DNA of 64,000 nucleotides from Octopus vulgaris (taxonomy: Eukaryota), in the NCBI GenBank assembly GCA_951406725.2, contig OX597833.1, positions 67,890,001 through 67,954,000 on the forward strand, given 5' to 3'. The translations under genes were made by a program, and so were the position numbers. The notes under the pieces are model-generated. The model did no database searches. It had not been told where the DNA came from and saw only the letters and a program-made list of their open reading frames with translations. This document shows positions 1 to 15,465 of this stretch, piece by piece (positions within the stretch are counted from its first letter, which is position 1; every line of letters begins with the position of its first letter).

Positions 1-1167
1 TTCCGCAAAGATACGAGATGTATTGCCTTGATATCAATAAATGTTGATGATTATATACACATTGATATATGTATACAGATATTCGCACACACACACACAC
101 ACACATAGTCATACACACATGTATATGTGAGGGTGAAAGAGAAGATAAACCAATCGAAAACCGGAACACAAACAGACACGAATACATAAAATCAATATTC
201 GTGGGTTTCATAGAAATCTTAGTCTAATTAAAACTATATTAATATTCTCTTGCTGATCAGCCAACTAATATATGATGGAGGATATGTTTCCAATGATATT
301 TGTACTAAAGAAGGAAAGCTTTAAATTATTGTTGGTTTCCAATAAGTATTATTGGTTGCGTAGACGCAGGTATGGCTTTTAGTTTACGAGGTTCGTTTCG
401 AATCTAAATGCTTTTGGGTTCGATCTAAATGGCAGCAACTTGAGCGAAATTTTCCTGCTGTAGACGTGGTTTGTCAAAGATATGTGATTGAGATTTAGTC
501 AAACGGAATCTTTGTGGAAGAGCCTTGGAGCCACTGTTCTTTGTCTGTGTTTAATAGACAAAATTTGTCGCGCTTTTGCTGCCTGATGCCAAACAGCTGG
601 GTTTTCTTTTCAATACAGCGGAGCTTATCGCCGTTCTAAATATTTGGAAGGGTCTGCAGTGTTCAGATAACAACCCTTTAGCTACCCAACAGACGAACCA
701 CGATACGTTCCCATTTCTGGTTAAAGTTTTCGAAAAAACAATCAACAAAAAAAAAATCAATGGTTTCTCTCGTTGTCGTCTTTAGTCCCATATCAGTCAT
801 CGATTAAGAAAGTTATCAATATTTTGAAAGTTTGAACGTTACCGTTTCTATTAAGCATCAAGAACAGGCTGTCTAATGCGTTCTATATTCATTGAAGCGG
901 AACGTTCGATTTACTTGGTGTCTTCCTGATTGAATGGAACTCGCCGATCACGGAGAACAGGAAATGGATAAAAACTTCAATAGAGTTTTATTAGTTTGAT
1001 CCGTGACTCCTGTGCAAATCGTCTGTCAGTCTCTGTGTATATGTATATATATGCGTATGTGTGTAAGTGTGTGTATGTCTGTGTGTATATGTGTATATAT
1101 ATGTGTGTGTATATATGTGCGTATATATATATATGTATGTGTGTATATATGTGTGTGCATATATACA

Positions 1168-1200
<33 letters not shown>

Positions 1201-2269
1201 GTCTTTATATATATGTATGTGTGTGTATATATATGTGAATGTGCGTATATATATATGTGTATGTGCGTATATATATATGTGTATGTGTGTGTATATATAC
1301 GTGTGTGTATATATATATATGTGTGTGTCTTTATATATATGTATGTATATATGTGTGTATAGATATGTATGTTTTGTGTGTGTAGATGTGTGTGTCAGTA
1401 TATGTGTGTGTCTATATATGTATGTGTGTATATATATGCATGTATCCATATTTGTGTATATATGTGTATAAGTATGTATCTATGCGTCTGTATGTACATC
1501 CCTGCGTGTATATGCATGCCTATATATGCGTGTGCATGCGTGGGAATATACACATGTAAATGTTGGAAGATGCTGCGTATAGTTATTGGTAAACGAAAGA
1601 AAACGCTTGGACACTAATGGAATCCTCGCCAAACGACATATACAACGTGTGTGTGTGTGTATATATATACACTTATTAATAAAGAATGCAAACACACACG
1701 TTACACATAGTCACACGCACTTATGGATATATAAACAGCGCAAAGATACACATCCGTGTGTTTTGGTTTGTGTAGATACTTGTCTATATAAAATCATTTC
1801 TATTTTTTTATACTGTCACGGCAATCACTGCTAATCCATCAGTGACTTGGACAGAGTTACAGATTGTGTAGAATTCTGCTGAATTTGTTTTATTGCAAAA
1901 ACACCATTAAATATTACCGCCCAGAGAGAGAGAGAGTGAGATGGAGATACGGCTGATATACATAACTAGAGGGAGTTTTGAGGGGGGGGGGAGATGGGGA
2001 TAGGCTCATATACGGAACTAGGGGGTGGGGGGAGTTTGGGGAAGTGAGTGGAGCTGAAGGAGACAAAGCCTGGAAAAGTATAACATTCTGAAAGTATGCC
2101 ACAATTAACGTAGTATTTCCGACCAATTTTCATTCCGTCCCCCACCACCACTACCACCCCCGCCACTACCACCATAAAAGCCATTTACGAGCAAAAAAGG
2201 CATTGTCGACATATGTAATGTCACGTGGAGAAATATCTAGATGCCGATTGCAGAACACTGGCCTTTTAC

Positions 2270-2880
2270 TCATGTTACTACTACTACTACTACTACTACT
2301 GTTGTTATTATCACTATTATTATTATTATTATTACACCACCACCGCCGCTAGTTACCATTACTATCACTACTATTACTACGACCAGAAACACCGCCGCCG
2401 CCACGGCAACCACCATCACTAAAATCACCACCAGAACCACCACCACTACTACTACTGTTGTTGTTATCATTATTATTATTATTACTATTATTATTATTAT
2501 TACACCACCACCGCCGGTAGTTACCATTACTATCACTACTATTACTACGACCAAAAACACCGCCGCGACCACCACCACCACCATTACCGCCGCCGCCACG
2601 GCAACCACATCACTAAAACCACCACCACTACTATTACTACTACTGTTGTTATTATTATTACTATTATCATTACACCACTACCACCATCACCACCACCGCT
2701 AGTTACCATTACTATGGCTACTATTACTACGACGACCAAAAGCACCGCCCCGACCACCTCCGCCGCGACCGTCACCAAAACTATCACTACAGCTACAACA
2801 GCCACTACTACAACCTGTACCACCACCACCACCACTACTTCTAATAATAATAATAATAATAATAATAGCAGCAGCAGCAG
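2270..2880. repeat. Higher-order trinucleotide repeat, ~175-bp unit x3
   Basis: The anchor caccaccaccgccgctagttaccattactatcactactattactacgacca recurs at ~2335, 2505 and 2690, embedded in TAC/TAT/CAC runs. Confidence 0.85.
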
Positions 2881-3269
2881 CGGCACGAGTGGTTGTAATG
2901 CATTTTTGTTAAATGTGTTACATTGACTGCAAAACCCGATTGTTGTATATATGAATTTTTAAAAAAATGTGTCTCTATGTTTAAGTCTATGTACATATGT
3001 GTGTACATATGTGTGTACATATGTGTGTACATATGTGTGTACATATGTGTGTACATATGTGTGTACATATGTGTGTATATATGTGTGTATATATGTGCGT
3101 TTGTGTTGGAGCGGTTTTGACCTTTAAAACATGTCTGCTGCATTAAGACTTCTTTCCTTCTCACCCCCATCCCCTTTACTTCTTCCCCACCCATCCCCCA
3201 CTGTTGCTCACTTCACAAATATAACATCTCATTTCTTTCCGTTTTCTCTCTTTCTCACTCCACTACTCG

Positions 3270-3305
<36 letters not shown>

Positions 3306-3342
3306 TACAGACAGCTGGACCAAATCATATATTTGTGGGGAC

Positions 3343-3395
<53 letters not shown>

Positions 3396-4181
3396 TGTCT
3401 GTATGTCTTATGGACATTTTGTGGATTCCGCTGTATTGCACCCTGAGCAAATATTTTGGTCACAGCTTCACTTGATCGAACAAGCGATTGGTCAGTTTCG
3501 ATATGCACATAAACATATGTACGATCTATAGATAGCTATAAAATTTTGTGTGGATACACACACACACACACACATATGTATACATACATACATTTTATAT
3601 ATATATATATATACATGCGCTCTCTTTAAATGCGATGCCTGATTTTGAAACTAATATACATAGATAAAATTGTTTATTTAGAATGCACACGGGCTCGCAT
3701 ACACACATGTATAAACATGTGCGTGTGTGTGTATGTATGTATGTATGTATGTATGCATGTATGTATGTATATCTCGTAATACATGTATGTATATAATGCG
3801 ACAAATACTTCGTTACTCGCGTGATTACACTGTGTAACATATTTCTCTATGGAAGTGTTGCTATTCTAAGCGTTCAGCCTATATTAATCACGAACTGTGG
3901 TGAACTCGGTTCCGGAAGGAAGCCACCAAAATATGTCACCACTTTGCTGGAATCCTTTGGTACTAATCTATACACACACACTCTCTCTCTCTCTCTCTCT
4001 CTCCGAAGCCGACTGAGACCGTTGTTCCTGTAATTAGTCTAAACCATATTTTCAAAGTATTACATGAGATGACATATCAGTTCTGTTTGTAAGCAAGTTT
4101 GCTTTTATATTTCGATGGATATCCAATCTATTTCGATATTCACACAACTAAAAGCAAATAAATGGTTTTTATACAAAAAAA

Positions 4182-4566
4182 TTTTGAACAATAGATTTTC
4201 GTATGTGTTATTGAGACATCAGGCCTTTATCTGAGTCTCTTAACTAACTTGATCTATTGACTTGGTAGATCATCTTCCTTCTACGAGCTAGGAGTCTTTG
4301 GCTCATCACCGAAACGTGTCTTCGTTGTGGCTAATCGATGACCACCATTCAGATGAGCTTTCGGCTGTTTTTGAACAATAGATTTTCGTATGTGTTATTG
4401 AGACATCAGGCCTTTATCTGAGTCTCTTAACTAACTTGATCTAATTAAGAATCAAGCTATTGACTTGGTAGATCATCTTCCTTCTACGAGCTAGGAGTCT
4501 TTGGCTCATCACCGAAACGTGTCTTCGTTGTGGCTAATCGATGAACACTGTTTCGATGAGCTTTCG
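4182..4566. repeat. Tandem duplication of a ~190-bp unique segment
   Basis: ttttgaacaatagattttcg...gatgagctttcg occurs twice in succession. The second copy has a ~14-bp insertion near 4443-4457. Confidence 0.95.
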
Positions 4567-7473
4567 ACCGTAGTACTCAGATACCCGCTTCTCTTCCAAG
4601 GTGCATAGTTTCTCTGTTGAACTGCCTGTTAGTCATAAATCTTTTCACTATTATCTTTCTTCAAGCAGCTGCTCTCCGGATCTCACTTGTTTTCTTCTGG
4701 CTCAGGATATTCAATCCTTTAAAATTTCTATCAGTCGATATTTTTTGAATTTGTAAGCCCCTTCTTGTCCCTATTTGTAGCCCTTTATGCTGACAGTGGT
4801 CTCAAAGATCTATAATTCGGAAGTAATACTCACTCGGTATTCATAAATTTTCTGTAAGCTTGGGTGATTATATGTCGCTCGTTTAGCACAACAAACAGAA
4901 TGAAATAACACCCCTAATGTTACTCTAATCTGAACGTACAGATTTGACATATCAATGCATGAGTTGTAGGTTCCTGAGTAAAAAATAGATGATGGGGGTG
5001 GGGGGTCGCTTGGAACATCTTTAAGTAGCTGCACTTGAAATATGTCTCTAAGATAAACAGTCAACAAGACGAATCGATTGAAATAATAATAGATTTATGT
5101 TTATTGTAGATTTTTGTCTTAATGGTATTAGATTCTAATCCCGATCAAAGGATAATAATAAATGAATGAATGAATGAATGAATGATGACGATGACGGCGA
5201 CGGCTACTAATATAGGCACAAGGCCTGAAATTTGGTGGGAGGTTGGCAGTCGATTAGATCGCCCCCAATACGCAAATGATACTTAATTTATCGAGCCCGA
5301 AAGGATGAAATGCAAATTTGACCCCGGTGCAATTATGATAATCAAATTTCAATACTTATCGTTCATTAGTTAATTTATGGACAGTTAGAAAATGTCTTTC
5401 GATATTCTTCCGAAAGGGTAAAGTTTCCGCACGATTGCATCTCAAGCAGATCCCATTTATTTATTTATTTGAAAAAGCAGAGATGAACAGTCGAATTCAC
5501 GATAGAAGAAACGTTATCTGGGTGCTGTGCAAGGAGATTGACCTTGGAATCTCATGTTTTCTAAGTGAAACGTTTTAACCACTGAATTATGCTTTCGCCT
5601 CCATTTATTTACAAGTCGACCTATTTCAACGATCTTCATGGCCACGTTGTAAACATGTCAGTCTGACAATTCTGTCGATACTTAGAATATCAGAGAGAGA
5701 AAGAAAGAGGGAAAGAAAGAGAGAGAGAGAGAAAGAAAGAAAGAAAGAGGGAAAGAAAGCGAGAGAGAGAAGACCTGATATGTTTGATCAAAATATTAGA
5801 TAATGTCTTTTCTCAGCTAAGTACAGGAAGGTACATTACAGCGTTGAATAATGAGAAAAATCGGAATGGCCTAAAGCGATAGTAATTTCAACACAGACGC
5901 CATTTTGGTTACCGTTAGCAAGTTTTAGAATACGTAAATCTCTTTAGCTTGGCGCGAAATTGGAGGAATTAGAACGAGAACAAACACATACGCAATACAC
6001 ACACACACATTTTTATAAAACATGAGATACATATACGAAGTAATAGAAGATCCTGAATAACTATTTCATTTGTTAGATTAAGTTATTCTTAATGTTTCCA
6101 ACTTTTACTTGCATTTGATTTCGTATCTAGGGGATATTATCATTATGCATATTTATGTTACAGGTGAAGGCGAGATGTAGGGGACAGAACAGTCGTGACG
6201 TATCATTAATGAAAAACGTCGATTACCTATATCGAATATTATCGATTTCTTACCATTTATTTTGCATTTACTTGCTTACTTTCCGTCACACAATCACTGA
6301 ATTTACATAGCTGTGTGTGTGTGTGTGTGTGTGTGTGTATAAATATACATACATATGTGCGTGTATATAAATATATATACATATGTGTGTGTGTGTACAT
6401 GCTCATGCATATTTTTCCTACATTTGCTGTCACATGTACTTATAAATTTTTAACGATCCACTTTCGTCCCACATTCAATTAGTACACACACATATATTAT
6501 TTCCTACTCTAGCAACAAGGCCCGAAATTTTTGGGGAGGGACCAGTCAATTAGATCGACCACAGTACACAACTGGTACTTAATTTACCGACCCCGAAATT
6601 TTTCGATGAAAGGCGAAGTCAATATCGGTGGAATGCAAAGCTTTTCGCCAGGCTTGCTAACGTTTCTGCCAACTCGCCGTCTTACACACACGTATATATT
6701 TTCAGTTAATGGCTAGTGTTATTTCAACAGAAAATGCTCTATTCGTGGCTATTGATTTGTTTTGACACTTATTTCTAGCAATGCTGGTTCTGACCGGCAC
6801 CAGCATTTTCAGTTTTAGTAACCTTTGTATTTCTACCACATATATATTGGATAATATATATATATATGTATTTATATCTGTGTGTTTATATATGTGTGTA
6901 TATCTATAACTGTGTCTGTGTGTTTGGGAAAAGTATTGAATGTATGGTTGTATGTATAGATATACATATTTAAATCTGTGGATTTATATAGACATGCTTG
7001 CATACATACATACGTATGTATGTTGAGACAGATTGTTAACGTGATGTTTAACGTTACAGGGTTGATGGTTTGAATAAAGACGTATATATGTATATATAAA
7101 AACTGAAAGAACGAAAAATATTTCCAGAAATGGTTTATTCTTGCACTGTCTGCGCTCGACGAATCGTTCGTGTCTGTTCGTGAAATTGTATTGGAATCGT
7201 GTACAGAAACATACACCCGAACACGTAGAATTTCACACCTACATATTTCCTTTCTGTAGCTCAGTATTTTATGGCTGTATCTAAAAGTCTACACACTAAC
7301 CCCCCTCTCTCTCTCTCTCTCTCTTTCTCTATCTCCCTCTCTTTCTCTCTCTCTCACACGTTTATACGTATATGGGTGATTGTTTGAAATGAGTGATGTA
7401 ATATAGACAGATATACCTACATATGCAAATATATGAAGAAATATATGCATATGTAAAGATACACATGCAATGT

Positions 7474-7515
<42 letters not shown>

Positions 7516-8502
7516 GTTATATTTGTCTATATACACGTTATATTTAAGTTTGTGTGTATACATGTGTATATAGATATTAAGATATATTTAGATACATATA
7601 TATATATACATTTAGATATATGTATAAAGATGTATATGCATGTGCATAATATACTTACATGTACCCATAAACATACGTGTGCATGTATATATGCACATTA
7701 TATATAATATATGAATGTATATATATATATATATGTCGGTTAATGACTAGTTTACATTACTCGTTTGCAACATTTATGTTGCCTGTGCATCTATACAAGA
7801 ATGAACCGCATAGAAGAATTTTCTCTTCTGGTTGTCTCTCGCCATTATATACACACATATACAGATATGTTTTTTTTTTTCACTATAAAATACCGCTTAA
7901 AATAGGAGGGGAGTAAAAAAAAAAAAAATCAAGAATAAAAAAAAAATCATATAATAAAACCAACAACAACAACATAACATTAATTCTTTCGTTTTTTTTT
8001 TTGCATTCCTTTTTGCTCGATCCATTAGACGAGACTGCATCAGAATAAAATGGTAATTTCGTGCCTCTATTATAAGAGGAAAATAAAGAAATAGTCAGTT
8101 TAATAGATGGCGCAGTGGTTATAAAACCGAAATTAAAGCAATTACCTCTAGTTGACCTACATGTCTTTAATAGATAAATAGGGTATGTGTCTGACTTTGC
8201 GTCGCTTTATTCTCTCTGCTTTTTACTTTACAGGCTTACGATGATGTATAAGTGTATATATATATATATATCTGTGTGTGTATACATGTATAATGCAAAT
8301 TATATATATGTATATATAAATACATGTATATATATATATGAATGTATGTAGTGTGTGTACGTGAGTAAATAAGCGTAAATGTGTATATCTATATGCATAT
8401 ATATACAGGTATGTATGTATATATATATATATATATATATATGCCTTCACATGTATACATCTGATTATACATAGCAGGCCTGTATATATATGGATATATA
8501 TG

Positions 8503-8538
<36 letters not shown>

Positions 8539-8677
8539 TTCACATGTATATATATATGATTATACATAACAGGCCTGTATACATATGCATATATATATAT
8601 ATGCCTAAACACAAACTATATATATATGTATCTATACATGTATGTGTTTATAGATCTCCATATATTATATCTTCATT

Positions 8678-8723
<46 letters not shown>

Positions 8724-8899
8724 GCTTATATACATGTGCATATGTCTCCTTCTGTGCATAATATACATATTCACTAAATGTACGCATGTATACGTGCGTA
8801 CATCTATGTGTATACGCACATATATACGCATGCATAAACATGCACACACTTAGACCTATCTATCCATGTACATAAATATAATACACACACACACACATA

Positions 8900-8949
<50 letters not shown>

Positions 8950-9963
8950 CATATATATGTATGTATGTATGTAGTAACTGCGTGCAATTTTCTTTGGTTG
9001 TTTTTATTCTTTTCTAATGCTTCTCTGCTCACTAGTGACGTTCTCAAAAATAGGTTCAACAAAGGCACCAAAAACTATTTACTCTGTATTCTTTTATGAA
9101 AAAAAAACAACAAAAAAACAAAACAACGAATACAAGAGAAGAACGTAACAACCAAACTGCAGTTAATATCAGCCTGACCTTATTGGAGTTCACACAAGAA
9201 CTACAATTCCGCTTAGATTTACTCCATTCTTCTCTCTTTCTATATTTTCCTCTTGCTCTCCCCTCCATGTCTGCATGTGATTGATATATATATATATATA
9301 TATATATACAGTTATGTTGCATTCATTTTTTTTTTCTTTCTGCTGTGCTCTGTACCTCACTCCCAGGCGTCTCTCTTTTGTCAGTTGCGCATCCAATTTA
9401 AATCCGCCGTAAGATTTATAAACGACCTTTTAATTCACGATGCATTACAATCAATTTATTACTGCCAGCGGAGTCATCTTTAAACCAGCCGTCTGACTTA
9501 CTAGAAATAGAAGGTAAACGCCGCTCAGATATCTAACAAACGTTTTAAGACGTGGCGTAGGACAAAATGTAATCCTACTCGAGATAAATTTTGAGAAAAA
9601 CGGAATAATCATAGATGGAATGATTCTAAATGTAGGCCTGGCTGACCTTCAATGTACAGTTGCTCATCGAGAACATCATTATCAAGTCTATTGGTCATTT
9701 ACAGAGTCCTTTTATCTGATTCCAATCTCACAATGTCCTTTAGTAAACAATCATATCTTTGAAATCTCAGACCCAGTAAATAATGCATGATTAATTCGAA
9801 ACAACGTAAATAAATAAGCTAAAAATGTCTTCTTTGGCAGATTAATCGAAAGGTTAAAAGGTCAAACAAGAGCAACACATTTTTTAAATAGTAGATCGAG
9901 TCACCGAAGGAAGCTTTATTTGGTTACTTACCTAGCTGCCAAAACTCAGCAAATATTAATATA

Positions 9964-10357
9964 CTAGCAGTATCGCCCGGAATTGCTCGGTTTTGTTTCG
10001 ACCCTTTAGAATTGGAACTTTTAAAAAGTAACCATTTTGCATTATGTAGCTTGTTATTCTCTTTAAGTGAACATTTTTCTGGTTGAAATACACCGAAAAA
10101 TGGCGACACAGCGGTCAAAGAATCGTAAAAAAATAGGGATTTTCATAGAAAAAAAATCACCTTTTTGATGTAAATAATTATTGGTGTTAACATGGTCCGA
10201 TTTGAATTTTTTCTTCTACGGAAGGAAGAGTAAGCCTTCTTCTATCATACTCTCAATTTTGGTTAACTTGCGCCGCAGGGTCTCGGAGGAGATAGTGTTA
10301 GTTGAAGGCTACCAAACCTGCCATACACAGACAACTTCAGCTTTATATATAGAAAGA
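9964..10357 (-). mobile_element. Non-autonomous Helitron
   Basis: Minus strand begins A|TCTTTCTATATATAAAG and ends with a GC-rich subterminal hairpin-like segment followed by GATACTGCTAG|T. This gives 5' TC, 3' CTRR, an A|T target and no TSD. Termini are shared with 27092-27489. Confidence 0.75.
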
Positions 10358-10694
10358 TTTTCAAAAGTGAAAACACGATTTCGTACTCCTAACTACACTA
10401 CGGTTGAAGAAAATGGTGGGACTCCGATGTCTTGTGTATCTTTGCTCGCACATCTACAGGTGTTGATTAAAACGAGGAAGAGCCTCACAGTAAATGCTAC
10501 GCAGCTGAGATTTTGGTAGCAAATATATACATGTAGGCGTGGCTGTGTTGTAAGTGGTTTGTTTACCAACCACATGGTTCCGTTTTCGGTCCCATTGCGT
10601 GGGACCTTCGGCAAGTGTCTTTTAAAGCCTGGGGGCCACCAAAACCTTGTGAGTGGAATTGGTAGTGGATTTGAACTACGTTTTAAAAATTGGT

Positions 10695-11002
10695 TCTCCG
10701 TCGGTTACGACAACCAGTACTCCCGTTGATCCGATCAAAGGGACAGGCTTCCTCTGAAACTAGCGTGCAAGTGGCCGAGTACTCCACAGACCCGTGTACT
10801 CTTTATGTAGTTCTCAGGGAGATTCAGCGCAACACAGTGTGGGACAAGGCTGACCCTTTTTCGGATTGCAGGTACTACTCATTTATGCCAGCTGAGCGGA
10901 CTGTAGCAAAGTGAAATAAAGTGTTTTGCTTCGCCGGTTATTGAACTCACGATCTTACGACTGTGAGCCGAATACCCTAACCACTAAACCACGCGCCCTC
11001 AC
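10695..11002 (-). mobile_element. tRNA-derived SINE (family D head) sharing its 3' domain with 23416-23790
   Basis: Head gagggcgcgtggtttagtggttagg...gagttcaat. The 3' part gagaactac...ctgtggagtactcggccacttgcacg...gatcggatcaac...gtaaccgacgga is homologous to 23620-23778. Confidence 0.75.
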
Positions 11003-11660
11003 AGAACTACCTATCCAATAAGTTAACACGTAAATGGTTTGATATTTGACTGAAACGAGTCAAGTCAACGTAGCTAAATCTGAGAGAGTGTGACAAAATC
11101 CTGGATGATTTCAGATCTGTGAAATCCGATAAACTCTACACATCCCACGTACGTACACACACACGTTACCATATTGATGGTCGACCCAATATGGAGGTAA
11201 ACAATACGCATCAAAGCAGCAGCCTTGCTGTGGATTGAAAAATACTATTCTCAAGAATTTGACCAGATGGTTATCGTGATTTTATTCTATAAAGAAAGAA
11301 AGAAAATTCTGACAAATCTATTTTGACAGAACGTTGGAAAACTTTGATGATTCTCAAATGCATTGGAGAAAATAGAAAAAAAAAATGAAAGCGAAACAAA
11401 ATAAACTCCATTTTCTTTTTCTAAAATGAAATTTTAGTTCTATTATGTTTTATTGCATTCCCAAAGTCTACTTCTCTGCTGCTCGGAAACTACTTCGCTC
11501 AGTAGTCACACTTATTTCTTTAGTCAAAGATGAACACACACATACACACACATGCTAGACGTGTGTGTTGCCCTGCCGAGTTCTAACATCTACTTACGAT
11601 TATACTTATGGATTCGCGGAGTCGTAAAATAAATCTATCTGTAGGTAGATATACACGGAC

Positions 11661-11795
<135 letters not shown>

Positions 11796-12225
11796 GAGAA
11801 AGAAGAAAGCTATTACTTGACATACTATGCCAAATTTGCTCAGTTCCTTTTGGTGTTTAAGGCATCCCTTTTCCGGCGTAAAGCGTGTTTTCAGCGTATT
11901 TTAGAGTTGGAGCGTATCACTTTCCGACTGTGAGATCAACCATTTTATTAGAGAGAAAAAAAGAGCGATTTTAGCATCTGACTGGGGCTTTGATTATCGA
12001 AACTTAAATGGATGAAAGGAAAAAAAAAATCTATTTAATCTCAGTGTTATTTGAACTCAGAACGTCACTAGTCAAAGGAAACATTGCAATTTTTCCGATG
12101 ATGAAGCAACTCGGCCAATTCACTGCTCTAGATTTATGTGTGTGTGCGTGCTTGTTTATATATGTGTGTGGATGCGTCTATATATATATTTATGTGCGTG
12201 TGTATATATGTGTGTGTGTGTACCA

Positions 12226-12500
12226 AGTTCATGTTTCATAAGAGTACAAAAGGGATGGTAAGACAAAGGATTTGTAATGAGTCAGCTTTGCATTCTTAAA
12301 TGTCGTTGGCACCAAACGCGTGACTCCAAGCCACCAAATACTTTTACTGACCTTTGAATTCTGTATCAGCATTTCCACCATTTTGTACAGAGCTTCTAAG
12401 GTGGATGAACGAATCGACCACCTCAGCTTATCCTCAACAAAAATTTTAACACATTTTAAGATCCACAAATATCAGTACTTATCTGCAGTTCTTGCTGGCC
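12226..12500 (-). mobile_element. Highly decayed RTE-like LINE fragment
   Basis: Peptide ...AKLTHYKSFVLPSLLYSYET resembles the RTE thumb motif TKL..YK..VLP.LLYG.ET. Confidence 0.5.
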
Positions 12501-12605
12501 CAAATCGGATGTGCAATCTATGTGGGTGTCAATGTGTAGGTACATGAGGTGGTCAAACTCTGCATAAGGAGCACACAACCACCAAGTATATATATATGTA
12601 TACAT

Positions 12606-12964
12606 GGAGTGGCTGTGTGGTAAGTAGCTTGCTTACCAAGCACATGGTTCTGCGTGGCACCTTGGGCAAGTGTCTTCTACTGTAGCCTCGGGCCGATCAA
12701 AGCCTTGTGATTGGATTTGGTAGACGGAAACTGAAAGAAGTCCGTCGTATATATGTACGTGTGTATATGTTTGTGTGTCTGTGTTTGTCCCCCCAACATC
12801 ACTTGACAACCGATGCTGGTGTGTTTATGTCCCTGAAACTTAGTGGTTCGGCAAAAGAGAACGATAGAATAAGTACTAGGCTTACAAAGAATAAGTCGTA
12901 GGGTCGATTTCTTCGACTAAGGGCGGTGCTCCAGCATGGCAGCAGTCAAATGTCTGAAACAAGT
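12606..12964 (+). mobile_element. tRNA-derived SINE family B, near full length, with internal TA/TG microsatellite
   Basis: ggagtggctgtgtggtaag head; gtggcaccttgggcaagtgtc (CORE-like); 3' module cttagtggttcggcaaaag...ggtgctccagcatgg...gaaacaag. Many homologues occur in the window. Confidence 0.88.
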
Positions 12965-13931
12965 GCAAAGGGTATATAATAATGTGTGTGTGTTTCTGTG
13001 TATGAAAGACATAGGGAGTAAAATGGCTGAGGTCTTAAAAAAATGAATGAATTCCCTACAAGAGTAGAAAAGACGCTGTTTAACAATAGAAAACACTAAA
13101 TATAAAGCGTACGTCTACCTACCTACCAACATATCTACCTACATATACAAATATCTGTATCTCTCTATCATCTATCTATACATACGTATATATATTTAGC
13201 TAATTAAATAAAAAGGATGCTTAAAAGCCAATATAGTGCTTTTAAACACTTTTCCATATTCATTGTTCCTGGTTTTTCCTTGTACTTGTAATTGTTTATT
13301 TGTTGTTGTTGTTGTAATTGTATACAATCTATCATTTACCATCAGTCTGTTTTAACTTTACTTAGCCAATGTTAACGGTTCTAAGAGACACTTCTTCGTT
13401 AATTGGAAAAGTTTAAAAAACGTATTAAAATACAGACACTCACTAAGCTATACCAATATATATATATAAATATATATACACGCATGCATATATATATATA
13501 CACGCATATATATCCTTCTGAATTTCGATGTAATAATTTTTCTTTCGTTCTCTTTTGTTTTCCTTTAAAATTTTTTTTTTTGGTATTTTTATAGTTTATT
13601 TTAGTATATTTTTTTGTTTTTCTTGTCCATAAAACTTTTAGCAAGATAAACATCGATTTATTTATTTATTTATTTATTTATTTTATTTTATTTTTTTGCG
13701 GTTGCTGCTGACATTTAAGTTGATGTTTCTCGAATTTTTATCCATTAAAAGTATATACAATGTAAATATCCGAAAAAAAGTCAAAATAATTGATTTATCT
13801 TAGAGAATTATAAAGATAAAAAAAAAATTAACAAAAACAAACTCACAAAAAACAACTGAAATAACAAATAGACAAACAAGCCGACAGACAGAAAATATAA
13901 CGTTATACGTTTCCAAGTTACATAAATATAA

Positions 13932-13975
<44 letters not shown>

Positions 13976-15097
13976 AACACACGTATCCACAACCTGCCAC
14001 CAGACATACACACGCTATTATATACATTTCTTAAGTACATACACACACATAGATACACATATATACCCAGTCATACATACACAGACATGCTATTACAAGC
14101 ATCCATAGTTTCGTTAACAGTATATATATATATATATATATATATTGTACATGCATGCTTACACGATTAATTCGTTGTAAAATAGTCGTTTGTTTCTATA
14201 CTAAAACCACAACTGTCGACGAAACTGAACGATAAGTTCCCTAGGTGCAATGCTTTAAGTTTGAGAATTTTCTTGACTAAACCAAACCAAGAATTGAATT
14301 TGGCTACTTAGGAACTGGTGCTTTAGACTGAAGTCGATATTTCTAATTAAATTCTATCAGGGAATTATTTTTTGTTATTGTTTTTCGTTCTTGAAGTCAC
14401 ATTATTTAGAAATCTATTCGTTTTCGTTTTTGACTTTTTTTTTATATGTAGTTTCAGTTTTTTTTTATGTCGGTTTGATTGAAACCATCTTATTGGGCAA
14501 TGACTATATATGTTAACGAAACAATGTTTCGATATGTTGTTGTTATTATTATTATTATTATTTTAGTATCTGTTTTTTTTTTGTCAAGGATGTTAATGAA
14601 AATACGATAGTGATATCCAATCTCTTGTGCTGTTAGTAAATGTAATTTAATGATTAAGGAAAAGCGTCACGTATCTTCAGACAACTGTAATACACACTAT
14701 AAAAAGTAAGCAATTACAAAAAAAAATATATATTTACAAAAAAAAAAAATGAAATTAATCTAGAATGCAATTAGAATGCAGGATTAGTTGAATCTCAGGA
14801 GATAATTAAAGATCAAATCTCATTGAACAAAATAGACCATACTACTTATCGCTGATGCAGAGAATTATCTGAAAGCTGTGTCAATAAAGAGTATATGCTT
14901 GTCATATTGGATCTCATCTATGTATATCTGTGTATGTAACCGAAAACATTTCCGTTATATGTCTCAGTAAATTTTATATTATCGTAGTCTTGAGCCAAAA
15001 TCTCTCTACAATTGTCAAACTGTATTGTTGCTTAAGTGACGGCTTCTTTTATACCATTACCTTCTCTGTTGAAATAAAAGAGGAAGTTTAAGACTGT

Positions 15098-15465
15098 CAT
15101 CATCATTGTTCGATCGTGGCCGAGACAATGGAATTTACTATGCTACGCCAGACTTCACGGTCCATCATGGCATTACGGAGGTCCTGTTGCTGGATGCCTG
15201 TATCCCTGGAGATTACATCAGGGTAGGAGAGTGTGCGACCTCTGGTATCGCGAGCAGATGGCTTCCAGGGGAGAAGAGTAGAAATTACCCCGTTTTCAGC
15301 TCTACAACAATGTCCAGCAAACTGGACTCTCCTACCTTTCACAAGAGATGATACAGGTGGTAATTTCCCATATATTTGCATTTTGGTTGGATGGCGCTTC
15401 CACGAGAGATTTTGAACTCTCATAAGGAGGCGAGTGTAAGTTACACCCAACCGCCTTCTCAAGTT
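15098..15465 (-). mobile_element. 3' fragment of an RTE-clade LINE with (TGA)n tail
   Basis: C-terminal peptide YTRLLMRVQNLSWKRH...RRVQFAGHCCR...RGRTLSYPDVISRD...AMMDREVWRSIV* is typical of RTE ORF ends and is followed by tgatgatga. Confidence 0.85.

Noticed and set aside
2241-2926. Thr-rich mucin-like ORFs
   Set aside because: Products of trinucleotide repeats, with no splice or domain support.
6780-6807. 9-bp hairpin followed by T-rich sequence (terminator-like); also an 8-bp hairpin at 60530-60549
   Set aside because: Short stems are expected occasionally by chance, and intrinsic terminators are irrelevant here.
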